Shown one piece after another: positions 9,316-20,638 of a stretch of DNA of 64,000 nucleotides; position 1 is the first letter of the stretch, and each line of letters begins with the position of its first letter. Origin of the DNA: an uncultured Muribaculaceae bacterium (GTDB lineage: Bacteria; Pseudomonadota; Alphaproteobacteria; Rs-D84). The position numbers were made by a program, and so were the translations under genes. A model generated the notes under the pieces. That model was not told where the DNA came from. It saw nothing but the letters and a program-made list of their open reading frames with translations, and did not search any database. Location: NCBI GenBank assembly GCA_964587855.1, contig CAZPLT010000002.1, positions 6,676-70,675 of the forward strand, written 5' to 3'.

Positions 9316-11819
9316 TTGCCAAAAAGGGATAATTGTGGGGATTCTTTATCTTTGGATCTGACAATAAAAACATCAGAAAGTTTTTCTTTGCCAACATGCC
9401 CCGAAAGATTTTCATGAGCATGTGTGTGTCCCCCATTGTTTTCCAATTTTTCCAAAATCATCGTTGCGCTGGACACAACGCTGTCAGGCATACCGGCCAT
9501 TTGCGCAACATGAATTCCATAAGAACGATTTGCAACGCCAGGCGCGATTTTATGCATAAATATAATTTCATCGTTGTGTTCTGCAACCTGGACATTCATA
9601 TTTTTCAAAGCATTCAATGGTATCTTGGTCAATTCATGATAATGCGTTGCGAACAAAGTTCTGGGCTGAATATTATTCAAAAATTCTAATACAGCCTGGG
9701 CAATAGCCATCCCGTCCCACGTTGCAGTCCCGCGCCCTATTTCATCAAAAATAATAAAGCTTTTATTTGTTGCACGATTAAGTATGTTTGCGGTTTCTTG
9801 CATTTCAACCATAAACGTGGATTGCCCCGCGGCCAAATTATCAGATGCACCAACGCGTGAAAATAACTGGTCACAAACACCAATAGTTGCAGATTTGGCC
9901 GGAACAAATGAACCCATATGTGCTAAAATCGCTATTAATGCATTTTGTCGCAAGTATGTTGATTTCCCCGCCATATTTGGCCCCGTCAGCAATGCGATTT
10001 TTTTATCATCTAAATTGCAATCATTTTGAACAAACTGATTACCAGATTTTTTTAATATGCTTTCTATAACTGGATGACGACCAGCAATAATTTCAAATTC
10101 ATCACCATTGGTTATAGTTGGACGGACCCAATTATATTCTGCAGCCGCAGCTGTTAATGCCATCCATACATCTGTTTCGGCCAGTAAGTCCGCGGTTTGT
10201 AATAATTCATCAGAAATATTGCGAATTTTTTCAATCAATTTTGAAATAATTTCAGATTCGATTGCTGCAGCTTTATCGGCTGCGCCACGAACATCATTAT
10301 CCAAGTCAATCAGGCGCGCCGTTGTAAATCGCATATTGTTTGCCATGGTCTGACGATGAATAAATCCAGATGTTGGGTTCATTAAGGCGTCCGCACGAGT
10401 ATTTGGAATTTCTATATGATAACCCAATATATTATTAAATTTTATTTTAAGAATATTGATACCGGTTTGTTGGATATACTCTGCCTGCAATACTGCGATG
10501 GTTTCTTTTGCACCATGTGCCATTTGTCGCATATTATCAAGCGCACCATCAAATCCATCCGCAATTATTTCGCCATCGCGGAAAAATGCCGGCATGTTAT
10601 TTGATAATGCATTGCGAAGTTCCAAAGCAAACGAATCAAAAGTTTTAATTTCTTTGAATTTAGCACTTAAATCTAGATCCAGCTTTTCCCCAACAGATTT
10701 TATAGTTGGTAAAGAATTCAGAAAATCAGATGTTGCGCGTAAATCACGTGGTGTACCGCGACCAGTAATCAAACGTGTTATTGCACGCCCAGCATCTGGC
10801 AATTTTGATAATTCGTTGCCCATAGATTTAAAAACGTTTGTATTTAATAACAGATGTGCGATGTGTTCCTGTCTGCGGCGAATTTCACCAACATCGCCAG
10901 ACAATTGCCGTAAAAATCCACGCAGTTTTCGCGCGCCGGCCGCCGTGTGTGTTTTATCCAATATATCTAATAAACAAGCACCACCATCGTTTAATACAGA
11001 ATCAATTTCCAAACTTTTCCAAGATGTGGAATCAACCAATAATTGTTTGCCCGCACCAAAACGATAAGGTGTTCGGAACGCAACATTTGTCCCGCGCTGG
11101 GTATTATTTAAATAAGCTGCTAATAATTTATCAGCAAAAGTTGGTATGCCAAAAATAGGTAAGATTTTTGATGTAATTGTATCAATATCAGCCCTGGAAT
11201 ATAATTTTTTGTATACAGGTGTTGTAGGGAACGATTCGCGTATACGCATTATTTCTGGCGTTTCGGCCAAATCTTCGGGATAAATAATTTCGGCTGGGGA
11301 AATCTTGTAAATATCATCAAAAATGTTTGTAGTTTGTCCTATAAAAAATTCACCAGTTGAAATATCGCAGCCAGAAAAATTATATCCAGATATTTCCGAT
11401 GGTGCGACAGCGACCAAAAAATTAGATTTTTTCGGACTTAGTAAATTATCATCGGTTAATGTTCCGGCGGTAATAACACGAACGATTTTTCGTTCTATTT
11501 GTTTATGTCCGCGGGCTTTTGCTTCGTCCGGAGTTTCCATTTGTTCAGCCAGTGCGACATTGGTGCCGGATTTTACCAAACGGGCAAAATAGTTATCTGC
11601 CGCATGCCATGGAATTCCGCACATAGGAATATCACTGCCGCGTTCATCAGTTCCACGATGAGTTAAAACCAAATCTAAAATTTTGCTGACTATGCGGGCG
11701 TCGTTAAAAAAAGCCTCGTAAAAATCGCCCAACCGAAACAACAAAACAGCATCTGGATTTTCAGCCTTCATATCCAGATATTGTTTCATAATCGGTGAAA
11801 GGGTTAATTTTTCAGCCAT
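9312..11819 (-). CDS. mutS: DNA mismatch repair protein MutS
   Basis: 835 aa. N-terminal TPIMKQYLDMK..FYEAFF mismatch-binding motif and Walker A GPNMAGKST. Confidence 0.95.
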   Translation of the reverse strand: MAEKLTLSPIMKQYLDMKAENPDAVLLFRLGDFYEAFFNDARIVSKILDLVLTHRGTDERGSDIPMCGIPWHAADNYFARLVKSGTNVALAEQMETPDEAKARGHKQIERKIVRVITAGTLTDDNLLSPKKSNFLVAVAPSEISGYNFSGCDISTGEFFIGQTTNIFDDIYKISPAEIIYPEDLAETPEIMRIRESFPTTPVYKKLYSRADIDTITSKILPIFGIPTFADKLLAAYLNNTQRGTNVAFRTPYRFGAGKQLLVDSTSWKSLEIDSVLNDGGACLLDILDKTHTAAGARKLRGFLRQLSGDVGEIRRRQEHIAHLLLNTNVFKSMGNELSKLPDAGRAITRLITGRGTPRDLRATSDFLNSLPTIKSVGEKLDLDLSAKFKEIKTFDSFALELRNALSNNMPAFFRDGEIIADGFDGALDNMRQMAHGAKETIAVLQAEYIQQTGINILKIKFNNILGYHIEIPNTRADALMNPTSGFIHRQTMANNMRFTTARLIDLDNDVRGAADKAAAIESEIISKLIEKIRNISDELLQTADLLAETDVWMALTAAAAEYNWVRPTITNGDEFEIIAGRHPVIESILKKSGNQFVQNDCNLDDKKIALLTGPNMAGKSTYLRQNALIAILAHMGSFVPAKSATIGVCDQLFSRVGASDNLAAGQSTFMVEMQETANILNRATNKSFIIFDEIGRGTATWDGMAIAQAVLEFLNNIQPRTLFATHYHELTKIPLNALKNMNVQVAEHNDEIIFMHKIAPGVANRSYGIHVAQMAGMPDSVVSSATMILEKLENNGGHTHAHENLSGHVGKEKLSDVFIVRSKDKESPQLSLFGK

Positions 11820-12016
11820 TAAACTTCGGATGTTTTTAATTTTTCTATTTTAAGCTCGGCGTCTTTTAATAATTTTTCGCAATGAGCCTTTAATTTCATT
11901 CCAGTTTCATACGCCTTAACCGAATCAGCCAATGGCAATTCGCCAGACTCCATTTTTTTAACCAGTTCGGTCAATTGTTTATAAGCTTCTTCAAAAGATA
12001 ATTTGTTTTCTTCCAT
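11819..12016 (-). CDS. xseB: Exodeoxyribonuclease VII small subunit
   Basis: 65-aa ORF with XseB family similarity (SFEEAYKQLTELVKKMESGELPL). Confidence 0.85.
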   Translation of the reverse strand: MEENKLSFEEAYKQLTELVKKMESGELPLADSVKAYETGMKLKAHCEKLLKDAELKIEKLKTSEV

Positions 12017-12073
12017 AATTTTTCCTTTGGATAAAATGGTACTATTTTAAATTTCAACTTTCAACTTTTAACT

Positions 12074-12101
12074 TAAAAAAAAGCGCCATTGGCGCTTTTT
12101 T

Positions 12102-12104
<3 letters not shown>
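12074..12104. terminator. Bidirectional rho-independent terminator
   Basis: aaaaaaagcgccattggcgcttttttt between xseB and mreB. Confidence 0.75.
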
Positions 12105-13175
<1,071 letters not shown>

Positions 13176-13249
13176 TTATTTTTAATTTCTTTCGCAATCA
13201 TAAAGCAGAATTTGCAAAATGCAATTATTATCTTATACTAATTAGTATT

Positions 13250-13600
13250 ATGAGACAAACAATAAGAAAACATAAAGATTTTATAGCCAGGATAGATGAT
13301 CCAGTGGTTAAAACACCTATTTTTATAGTTCGTTGTCGTCCAACATTATGGATTGGTGATGCAAAATATGGATTGATAGCCTCAAAAAAAACATTCGCTC
13401 GTGCACATGATCGTAATCGGGCAAAGCGTTTAATGCGTGTATGGCTTCGTGCATGCGAATCGGATATGAATCCAGAAATGGATTATATTGTCATAGCCAG
13501 AGTGGCAATTTTAGAGGCTAAACTGACAATAGGGATAGAAACAATGAAGAAAGCCCTGGATGAATTATCAAATGAAAAAAATAGCCCTTGTCTTAATTAA
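13250..13600 (+). CDS. rnpA: Ribonuclease P protein component
   Basis: 116-aa basic protein with RnpA-like sequence. It is directly followed by, and overlaps, yidD. Confidence 0.8.
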   Translation: MRQTIRKHKDFIARIDDPVVKTPIFIVRCRPTLWIGDAKYGLIASKKTFARAHDRNRAKRLMRVWLRACESDMNPEMDYIVIARVAILEAKLTIGIETMKKALDELSNEKNSPCLN

Positions 13601-13787
13601 ACTTTATCAATTTGGATTATCCCCATTATTTGGTGGTCGTGCAATGTGCCGTTTTACGCCATCTTGCAGTGAGTATGCAAAACAGGCGATTGAGAAACAT
13701 GGTGTTTTACGTGGGGTATGGTTGGGCTTAAAAAGAATTTTGCGTTGTCGCCCGGGGGGTGGATTTGGGTATGATCCTGTTCCTTGA
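13560..13787 (+). CDS. yidD: Membrane protein insertion efficiency factor YidD
   Basis: CRFTPSCSEYA hallmark motif. Confidence 0.9.
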   Translation: MNYQMKKIALVLIKLYQFGLSPLFGGRAMCRFTPSCSEYAKQAIEKHGVLRGVWLGLKRILRCRPGGGFGYDPVP

Positions 13788-13840
13788 CATCTATTTCAGA
13801 TTTGCTACAATTAATTTTGCACGTTTAAAAAGGATACTTA

Positions 13841-14299
13841 ATGTCATTTCGCGCAACAGTAAAAGCCATGACTAAAATTATGGATGAAATGGGTCTTACT
13901 GAACTTGATTTAGAACGCCAATTTTTATTTGGTATTTATCGTAAACACGTACATCTTTCGCGTCAAGGCGCAGCACAAGCATTTGCAACAATTCCTATGC
14001 CTGTTCCAGCAGCTCCGTTGACCAAGGTTTCATGCGAGGCATCTTCTAATCCTGCGGCATGTATAATAAATGCAGTACGCTCACCAATGGTTGGTGTCGC
14101 ATATTTGGCACCGGAACCAGGTTCAAAACATTTTGCAGAAGTTGGTAAGAAAGTTAAAGCCGGTGATACAGTTTGTTTAATAGAAGCTATGAAAACATTT
14201 AACCCAGTCAAAGCCGATAAAGATGGCACAGTAAAAGAAGTCTTGGTTTCCGATGGACAAGCAGTAGAATTTGATACGCCATTAATGGTGATAGAATAA
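13841..14299 (+). CDS. accB: Acetyl-CoA carboxylase biotin carboxyl carrier protein
   Basis: C-terminal biotinyl domain with EAMK biotinylation motif ([10 protein letters not shown]). Confidence 0.9.
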   Translation: MSFRATVKAMTKIMDEMGLTELDLERQFLFGIYRKHVHLSRQGAAQAFATIPMPVPAAPLTKVSCEASSNPAACIINAVRSPMVGVAYLAPEPGSKHFAEVGKKVKAGDTVCLIEAMKTFNPVKADKDGTVKEVLVSDGQAVEFDTPLMVIE

Positions 14300-14300
14300 A

Positions 14301-15653
14301 ATGCCAGCCATAAAAAAAATCCTGATAGCGAATCGTGGGGAAATTGCTCTGCGAATTATTCGTGCTTGTCGAGATATGGGTATAAGAACAGTCGCAGTTT
14401 ATTCTTCTACGGATCGCACTGCTTCGCACGTTCATATTGCAGACGAATCTGTTTGTATTGGTCCAGGTCCAGCAAAAGATTCTTATCTTAATGAATCTGC
14501 AATTTTAACAGCGGCTTTGCTGACTAATTCTGATGCAATTCATCCAGGGTATGGATTTTTATCTGAACGCGCAGAATTTGTAGAAAAAGTCGAATTACAC
14601 AATTTAATCTGGATTGGTCCAGATGCAAATATGATTTCCAAAATGGGTGATAAAGTCGCCGCCAAGAAAACCGCAATAAAATGCGGTCTGCCGGTTGTTC
14701 CAGGTAGTGAGGGCGCAGTGGACACATTAGAATCCGCATTGGAATGGGGTGAAAAAATTGGATATCCAGTTATGTTGAAAGCATCGGCTGGTGGTGGTGG
14801 CAAGGGTATGCGACCAGTTAATAGTGCTTCTGAAATGGCCGAAGCGTTTCAAATGACCAAGCGCGAGGCCAAGGCTGGTTTTGGTGATGACACCCTGTAT
14901 ATGGAAAAATTGTTATTACATCCCAGACACATTGAATTTCAAGTTTTGGCGGATAAACATGGCGGAGCGGTGATTTTTGGGGAACGCGATTGTTCGTTGC
15001 AACGTAAAAACCAAAAAGTTATGGAAGAATGCCCTGCTGCCGCACTGACCACCAAACAACGCGATGATATGATTGAAATTTGTCGCGCTGCTGTGAAAAA
15101 AATGGGATATACAAATGCTGGAACTTTGGAATTTATGTTTGAAGACGGTAAATTTTATTTCCTTGAAATGAATACCAGATTACAGGTGGAACATCCAGTA
15201 ACGGAAATGGTTTATGGGGTGGACTTGGTTCGTGAACAAATTCGTATTGCCCAGGGTGAAAAGCTGGGATACAACCAGGGAAATCTTATTCCAAACGGAC
15301 ACGCAATAGAATTTCGTATCAATGCTGAAGATTCAGAAACATTTATTCCAAATCCTGGAAAAATAACAGCATATAATCCACCAGGGGGATTGGGAATAAG
15401 AATTGATTCTGCGGTTTATACTGGGTATGAAATACCACCAACGTACGACTCTTTGATTGCAAAATTGATAGTTTGGGCACCAAATCGTCCAGCATGTTTG
15501 ATGCGTGCACAAAGAGCTTTGGATGAATTTATTATAGAAGGTATAAAAACAACAATTCCTCTGCAGCAAAAATTATTACAAGTCAAAGACGTAAAATCTT
15601 TGAATGTAGATAATCATTGGTTGGAAGAGTTTTTATCTAAAGGTAAAAAATAA
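14301..15653 (+). CDS. accC: Biotin carboxylase
   Basis: 450-aa ATP-grasp protein with biotin carboxylase similarity throughout. Confidence 0.95.
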   Translation: MPAIKKILIANRGEIALRIIRACRDMGIRTVAVYSSTDRTASHVHIADESVCIGPGPAKDSYLNESAILTAALLTNSDAIHPGYGFLSERAEFVEKVELHNLIWIGPDANMISKMGDKVAAKKTAIKCGLPVVPGSEGAVDTLESALEWGEKIGYPVMLKASAGGGGKGMRPVNSASEMAEAFQMTKREAKAGFGDDTLYMEKLLLHPRHIEFQVLADKHGGAVIFGERDCSLQRKNQKVMEECPAAALTTKQRDDMIEICRAAVKKMGYTNAGTLEFMFEDGKFYFLEMNTRLQVEHPVTEMVYGVDLVREQIRIAQGEKLGYNQGNLIPNGHAIEFRINAEDSETFIPNPGKITAYNPPGGLGIRIDSAVYTGYEIPPTYDSLIAKLIVWAPNRPACLMRAQRALDEFIIEGIKTTIPLQQKLLQVKDVKSLNVDNHWLEEFLSKGKK

Positions 15654-15681
15654 AAAAACCGCCGTTTGGCGGTTTTTTTAT
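15653..15681. terminator. Bidirectional rho-independent terminator
   Basis: aaaaaaaccgccgtttggcggttttttta between accC and infC. Confidence 0.75.
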
Positions 15682-16232
15682 TTTGCAGGCGCAATTATTA
15701 TAGATCTTGTTTTTTCATCAGGTTTGGATTTGGATTCAACCAATCCTTTGTCCCCTATTATTTGAATAACGCGTTCAAAAAGATTTGTTGTTGCACCAGA
15801 TCTGGCACCAATCGCAAGTACTTTTTTACTGCCTTTGGTCATTACTGATATTTTAACCTTGTCCCCATCGCCTAAAAATTCAAATACCTTTTTCATTTTG
15901 ATATTTAAATCATTTTCTTCAATGAATGGTTTTATCCAAACTTCCTTCATTTCGTTTGTTTTTTGATGTTTGCGAGCTTCGGAAGCTTTCTTTTTTTGCT
16001 CATATTTGAATTTACCGTAATTCATAATCTTTACAATAGGCGGCACATTGGTTGCGTTTATTTCAACCAAATCCATGTCATTATCTATTGCCATTTGTAA
16101 AGCCTGTGGGGTTGGCATTACACCAAGATTTGCGCCAGTTTCAGAAATTACCTGAACACTTTTTGCAAAAATTTTATTATTCATTCGTGGACCGAAATCA
16201 CGGCGTGCTTCTCTATTAAATGTTGGTTTTAT
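15678..16232 (-). CDS. infC: Translation initiation factor IF-3, probable non-AUG (AUA) start
   Basis: IF-3 similarity (DLVEINATNVPPIVKIMNYGKFKYE). Homology extends upstream of the first ATG. A strong SD AAGGAG sits 6 nt before an in-frame ATA at 16232-16230. Confidence 0.85.
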   Translation of the reverse strand: MKPTFNREARRDFGPRMNNKIFAKSVQVISETGANLGVMPTPQALQMAIDNDMDLVEINATNVPPIVKIMNYGKFKYEQKKKASEARKHQKTNEMKEVWIKPFIEENDLNIKMKKVFEFLGDGDKVKISVMTKGSKKVLAIGARSGATTNLFERVIQIIGDKGLVESKSKPDEKTRSIIIAPAK

Positions 16233-16272
16233 TGTGGTCTCCTTTATAATCAGACAGCTTGATTCTAGACAT

Positions 16273-16956
16273 TTATTCCATACTTTTCAACATTTTTTGC
16301 AATTGGTCCCATGCAGTCTTTTTAGAATCGGGTTTCAGAATCATATAACTTGGGGTCGGAATAGAAAATACTTGAAACTCAGGATCTTTTTTAAATTGAT
16401 ATTTTGCCGCCAATGGACCAAGCGTTAAAACAGCCCGAGGTTTGCTAAGATCAATAAATTTATCAATAAATGGTTTGGTCAAAGAAAGTTCTTCGTCAGT
16501 TGGTGTTCTGCCCCCTGGTGTGCGCCAAAACAATAATGGACATATAGACACAAGACTTCTTTCCAGACCAATAGCATTTAACATCTTGTCCAAAAGTTCA
16601 CCAGAAACGCCAGACAAAATTTGTCCAAATTCATCATCTTCGGATGAAGGTACATCGGTTAAAATTAGTAATTTTTTCCCAATTGTCGGTAAAATAATAT
16701 TTTTTGCAAACATTTTTAATGGATGATTAAATTCTGTAATTGTATCGCACAGTTCTGAAAAATTTGTTGCATTGCATACTATTTCTTGGGCTGTGGTAAG
16801 AGACATCGGGGCAATAGGTGTAATTATATTTTTTGTATTATTTGTTATATTTTGTTCAACATTTTCTTGGGGTGATATTTTTTTTAAAGGGGTAAAATTA
16901 GAAAGTTCCCACTTTACACCTGCCAGATATAAATCGTGTAACGAATTGAATTTCAT
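16273..16956 (-). CDS. Uracil-DNA glycosylase superfamily (family 4-like) protein with degenerate motifs
   Basis: Region LLILTDVPSSEDDEFG..SGELLDKML resembles the family-4 UDG GE.PG..ED block but is degenerate. The start is taken at the internal Met to avoid overlapping pal. Confidence 0.5.
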   Translation of the reverse strand: MKFNSLHDLYLAGVKWELSNFTPLKKISPQENVEQNITNNTKNIITPIAPMSLTTAQEIVCNATNFSELCDTITEFNHPLKMFAKNIILPTIGKKLLILTDVPSSEDDEFGQILSGVSGELLDKMLNAIGLERSLVSICPLLFWRTPGGRTPTDEELSLTKPFIDKFIDLSKPRAVLTLGPLAAKYQFKKDPEFQVFSIPTPSYMILKPDSKKTAWDQLQKMLKSME

Positions 16957-17032
16957 AAGATTTTCCCTTGATTTTTCAGATAATAGCATGTAAAATAATA
17001 CCTGAACCAAAAAAACACAAGGGAGTATTTTC

Positions 17033-17452
17033 ATGAAAATGCAAAAAATTATGATGTTAGCAGGCGTAGCTGGCTTGTTGGCAGCATGTGGTGGTGCAAA
17101 TAAAATTGTTGAACCATCAAATTTGAACGAACAACGCGCGTTCTTTGATTTTGATTCTTCAGTAATCAGAGAAGATGCACAAAATAATTTGTTGGGCCAA
17201 TCTTTATATATGAAGCATTATCCAGAAACCAAAATTCAAATTGCTGGTAACTGCGACGAACGCGGAACAACAGAATACAATTTGGGCTTGGGCGCACGTC
17301 GTGCCAATGCAGCTAAAGCTGTGATGGTTAAAGACGGTATCGAAGCTAAACGTATTTCAACCATTTCTTATGGTAAAGAACGTCCATGGAAATTGGGCAG
17401 TGACGAAAGCGTATGGGAAAAGAACCGTAACGCAACAACAACCGTTAAATAA
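17033..17452 (+). CDS. pal: Peptidoglycan-associated lipoprotein Pal (OmpA family)
   Basis: Lipobox LLAAC and OmpA-like motif NCDERGTTEYNLGLGARRA. Confidence 0.9.
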   Translation: MKMQKIMMLAGVAGLLAACGGANKIVEPSNLNEQRAFFDFDSSVIREDAQNNLLGQSLYMKHYPETKIQIAGNCDERGTTEYNLGLGARRANAAKAVMVKDGIEAKRISTISYGKERPWKLGSDESVWEKNRNATTTVK

Positions 17453-17482
17453 AAAAATCCGCCAATTGGCGGATTTTTTATA
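17452..17482. terminator. Rho-independent terminator after pal
   Basis: aaaaaaatccgccaattggcggatttttta. Confidence 0.75.
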
Positions 17483-17549
17483 AGGACAAAGGTTTTTTCT
17501 TTGTCCTTCTTTCTTGCAATCTTTTTCCCTTGTGATTATACTTTGAAGC

Positions 17550-18614
17550 ATGAAGATTCTAGATAGGTATTTGCTGAGGCAAATAGCCTCATTTTTTATA
17601 ATGCTATTACTGGTTTTAACCGGCTTGGCTTGGATGCTGCAAATTCTATCTATGCTGAGAATACTTATTCAATATAATGTTAGTATGGGCGGCTTTTTGG
17701 GTTTAACCCTGATGATGGTACCATTTATCGCAACGCTTATAATCCCATTTGCTTTGTTTATAGCTGTTATGTTTGTTTATAATCGTTTAATAGCGGATCG
17801 CGAGATAACTGTTATGGTTGGTTCTGGGTTATCCCCTGCTCGAATTGCCAGGCCAGCGTTAATCTTTGCAGGTTTATTGACTGTTGTGCATTTGATTTTA
17901 AGTATTTGGCTGGTGCCAACAACCCAGGAAAGATTTTATAAAAAACAATGGGAAATGAGATATGGGTTGGCTCATCTTGCTTTGCAAGAAGCCTCTTTTA
18001 ATGAACTGGCGGATAATTTGGTTGTGTTTGTTAACAAGGTTAATAACATGGATATTTCAGGATTGATGTTATTTGATAATCGTAATTCAAAAAATCAGTT
18101 AGTTGCTTTGGCAGAAAAAGGAAAGCTGATATCAACATCACGTGGAATGTCTATTGTTATGGCGAATGGTTCGGTTCAGACTTTGGGCGATTCGTTTGTA
18201 ATTGGTACTTTTGATTCTTTTGATATGGATATGAATATATCAGACAAACAGGTAAAGTTCTCTTTTAAGACAAGACGTATTTCAACACCGCAATTAATCA
18301 GTGTTACGCGCAATAAAAATGATTTTAAACCGTCTGAATATAAATTATTAATATCGGAATTGGCAAATCGATTTTTAATGCCGTTTATTGACATAATATT
18401 TGTATTAATTGCTACACTGGTCATGTTAAAAACCTCACTTTTAAGAAGAAGAATAAGTTTATCTCCGTTTATTGCTACGGCAAGTATGGGCACAGCAATG
18501 GGGCTATTTATGACTTTTTCTGGTATAGTTGGATCATTTTCAGGTCTGGCTGTTTTAGCAACTGTAGAGTTTACAGTTATAGGCGTTTTAATATTAATGT
18601 TGTTTAAAAAATGA
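17550..18614 (+). CDS. LPS export ABC permease LptF/LptG family
   Basis: YjgP/YjgQ-type N-terminus MKILDRYLLRQI. It is a multi-TM protein and is followed by lptD. Confidence 0.85.
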   Translation: MKILDRYLLRQIASFFIMLLLVLTGLAWMLQILSMLRILIQYNVSMGGFLGLTLMMVPFIATLIIPFALFIAVMFVYNRLIADREITVMVGSGLSPARIARPALIFAGLLTVVHLILSIWLVPTTQERFYKKQWEMRYGLAHLALQEASFNELADNLVVFVNKVNNMDISGLMLFDNRNSKNQLVALAEKGKLISTSRGMSIVMANGSVQTLGDSFVIGTFDSFDMDMNISDKQVKFSFKTRRISTPQLISVTRNKNDFKPSEYKLLISELANRFLMPFIDIIFVLIATLVMLKTSLLRRRISLSPFIATASMGTAMGLFMTFSGIVGSFSGLAVLATVEFTVIGVLILMLFKK

Positions 18615-20635
18615 AAAAAATATATGCGTTTTGTCTTTTAGCTTTATTTTTTTGTGCTGCCGCAAGTGCTGCTGGATTAGATGCAAACGCACCAAAAACT
18701 ATAACTGCACCAAAAATAGAATATGACGTAACAGAAAAAGCAATTAAAACAACCGGGGATACCAGTATAACGAACGAATCTGGTCAAAGTATAAATTTAG
18801 TTGATGCTTATTTAAGTGAAAAAAATACCAATGTATCTGGTAAAGAAGTTACTTTATACCTATCAAAACAGACAAAAATAACCGCCAAAGATATACAAAA
18901 AGATGGGGATAAAACAACGGCATTACATTTAAGCTATACAACGTGCGCTAATTGTGGCGATGTCAGGGATGCTTGGAGTATATCTGCATCTAAATTGGAT
19001 CATGAAAATTTAAAGATGGAAATGACTTTTTATAATCCAGTTTTGTGGTTTTATGACGTTCCAGTGTTTTGGTTTCCCCAGATGAGCTATCCTGATCCAC
19101 GTGTAAAATATAAAACTGGTTTTCTATTTCCATATTTAAATTCAACAAACAATATGGGAATGCAGGTTAATGTACCGTTCTATATGAATTTTTCTGATAA
19201 TCATGATGCTACCATCACAGCGTCATATTTAACCGACGAAAATATTTTATGGCAAGTAGAACATCGTTTGAATATGAAGCGTTCCAGTATAAAAACAACG
19301 GGTTCATATACTCATAATAAAGCGGGCATGGATAGATGGCATGTTTTTAATAAAGATTTGGTAGAACTGGGCGATAATGCACTTTTAAATATCTTTTTTG
19401 ATAGGACGTCAGACAAGACTTATTTACAGCAATATGATTTTTATAATGACCAGCCATATTTAGATTCGGGTGCACGTCTGGAATTATTTGCGTCCCGGGG
19501 CTATACAACAATTGATACACATTTCTTCCAAGAACTGCGTGTATTAAGTGGTAATTATAATAATCCATCTGGCGATATTTTACCCAACGTTCATGGTGTT
19601 TATCAAACTACACCAATATTTGAAAATACATATTTATCATTTATGGGTGATGTTCTGGGTATCAGCAGCAGTGATTCGACCAGTCAAAGACTAATTGGCT
19701 CCACACAAATAATATCGCCGTGGATTCTCCCATTTGGGCAAAAACTGACACTTTCTGCTTCTGTGCGGTACGATGCCTATAATTTTATAAACACCCCTAT
19801 TTATGGCATTCCAGACGATTTTTCTGGGGTTAAATCCCGCTTTTTGCCATCTGGATATGTTGAATGGTCGTTGCCCTTTATGAAAAACGGCGAAGATTGG
19901 ATTAATATAATCGAGCCCAAGGCCAGATTAACAGTACAGCGCAGATTAAATGCATCTGGATTTGTGAATACAGATTCAGCCGGTTCTTTGCTTTCTGATG
20001 CAATGTTGTTTTCTGATAATCGTTTGTCTGGGTATGATCTTTGGACTAATGGAAATTATGCGGATTATGGACTGGATTGGACGGCATTTTCAGTAAATGA
20101 TTTACGTTCTGAAATTTTTGTTGGGCAAAGTTATGACTTTTTTACCCCGGGAAATTTGGATCCAAATTCTGGGTTTCATGATGGTGCGTCTGATTATGTT
20201 GCCAGAGCTGGTTTTTATTCTGGTGAATATTTTAGCTTTTTAAATAGATTCAGATTTGGAAATGATGATTTGGGATTGCGTCATTTAGAATCTATGGCTC
20301 GTGTGGGTGGGGATAATTACGCAGAAGGTGGGTATATCAGAGCAACACAGTTTACAGATGCGCTGGTTCTGGACAGAGTAATAAGCGAAGCAGTATTGGG
20401 CGGCGGCATTAAACTGACTGACAGACTTTCATTAAAAACACGTGTTATTTACAATATATCTGATGACAGAATACAACGTTTAAGCACAGGCTTGTATTAT
20501 GAACATCCGTGCTATACAATATCGTTTGATTATTCCAAAGATGGGGCCGAGCGTATTTACCAAGATGGTGAAAATTATTATGGTGGTACACGATTCAAGT
20601 TCCAATTTGCATTAAAACTTACCGAAGGAAAATAG
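18611..20635 (+). CDS. lptD: LPS assembly outer membrane protein LptD
   Basis: 674-aa ORF with signal peptide and OstA-like N-terminal domain, C-terminal beta-barrel. Conserved lptD then surA-like gene order. Confidence 0.85.
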   Translation: MKKIYAFCLLALFFCAAASAAGLDANAPKTITAPKIEYDVTEKAIKTTGDTSITNESGQSINLVDAYLSEKNTNVSGKEVTLYLSKQTKITAKDIQKDGDKTTALHLSYTTCANCGDVRDAWSISASKLDHENLKMEMTFYNPVLWFYDVPVFWFPQMSYPDPRVKYKTGFLFPYLNSTNNMGMQVNVPFYMNFSDNHDATITASYLTDENILWQVEHRLNMKRSSIKTTGSYTHNKAGMDRWHVFNKDLVELGDNALLNIFFDRTSDKTYLQQYDFYNDQPYLDSGARLELFASRGYTTIDTHFFQELRVLSGNYNNPSGDILPNVHGVYQTTPIFENTYLSFMGDVLGISSSDSTSQRLIGSTQIISPWILPFGQKLTLSASVRYDAYNFINTPIYGIPDDFSGVKSRFLPSGYVEWSLPFMKNGEDWINIIEPKARLTVQRRLNASGFVNTDSAGSLLSDAMLFSDNRLSGYDLWTNGNYADYGLDWTAFSVNDLRSEIFVGQSYDFFTPGNLDPNSGFHDGASDYVARAGFYSGEYFSFLNRFRFGNDDLGLRHLESMARVGGDNYAEGGYIRATQFTDALVLDRVISEAVLGGGIKLTDRLSLKTRVIYNISDDRIQRLSTGLYYEHPCYTISFDYSKDGAERIYQDGENYYGGTRFKFQFALKLTEGK

Positions 20636-20638
20636 TTA

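Noticed and set aside
9333-11592. Multiple plus-strand ORFs (9333-9689, 10456-11067, 10838-11158, 11323-11592)
   Set aside because: All are antisense within mutS, with no motifs. They are shadow ORFs.
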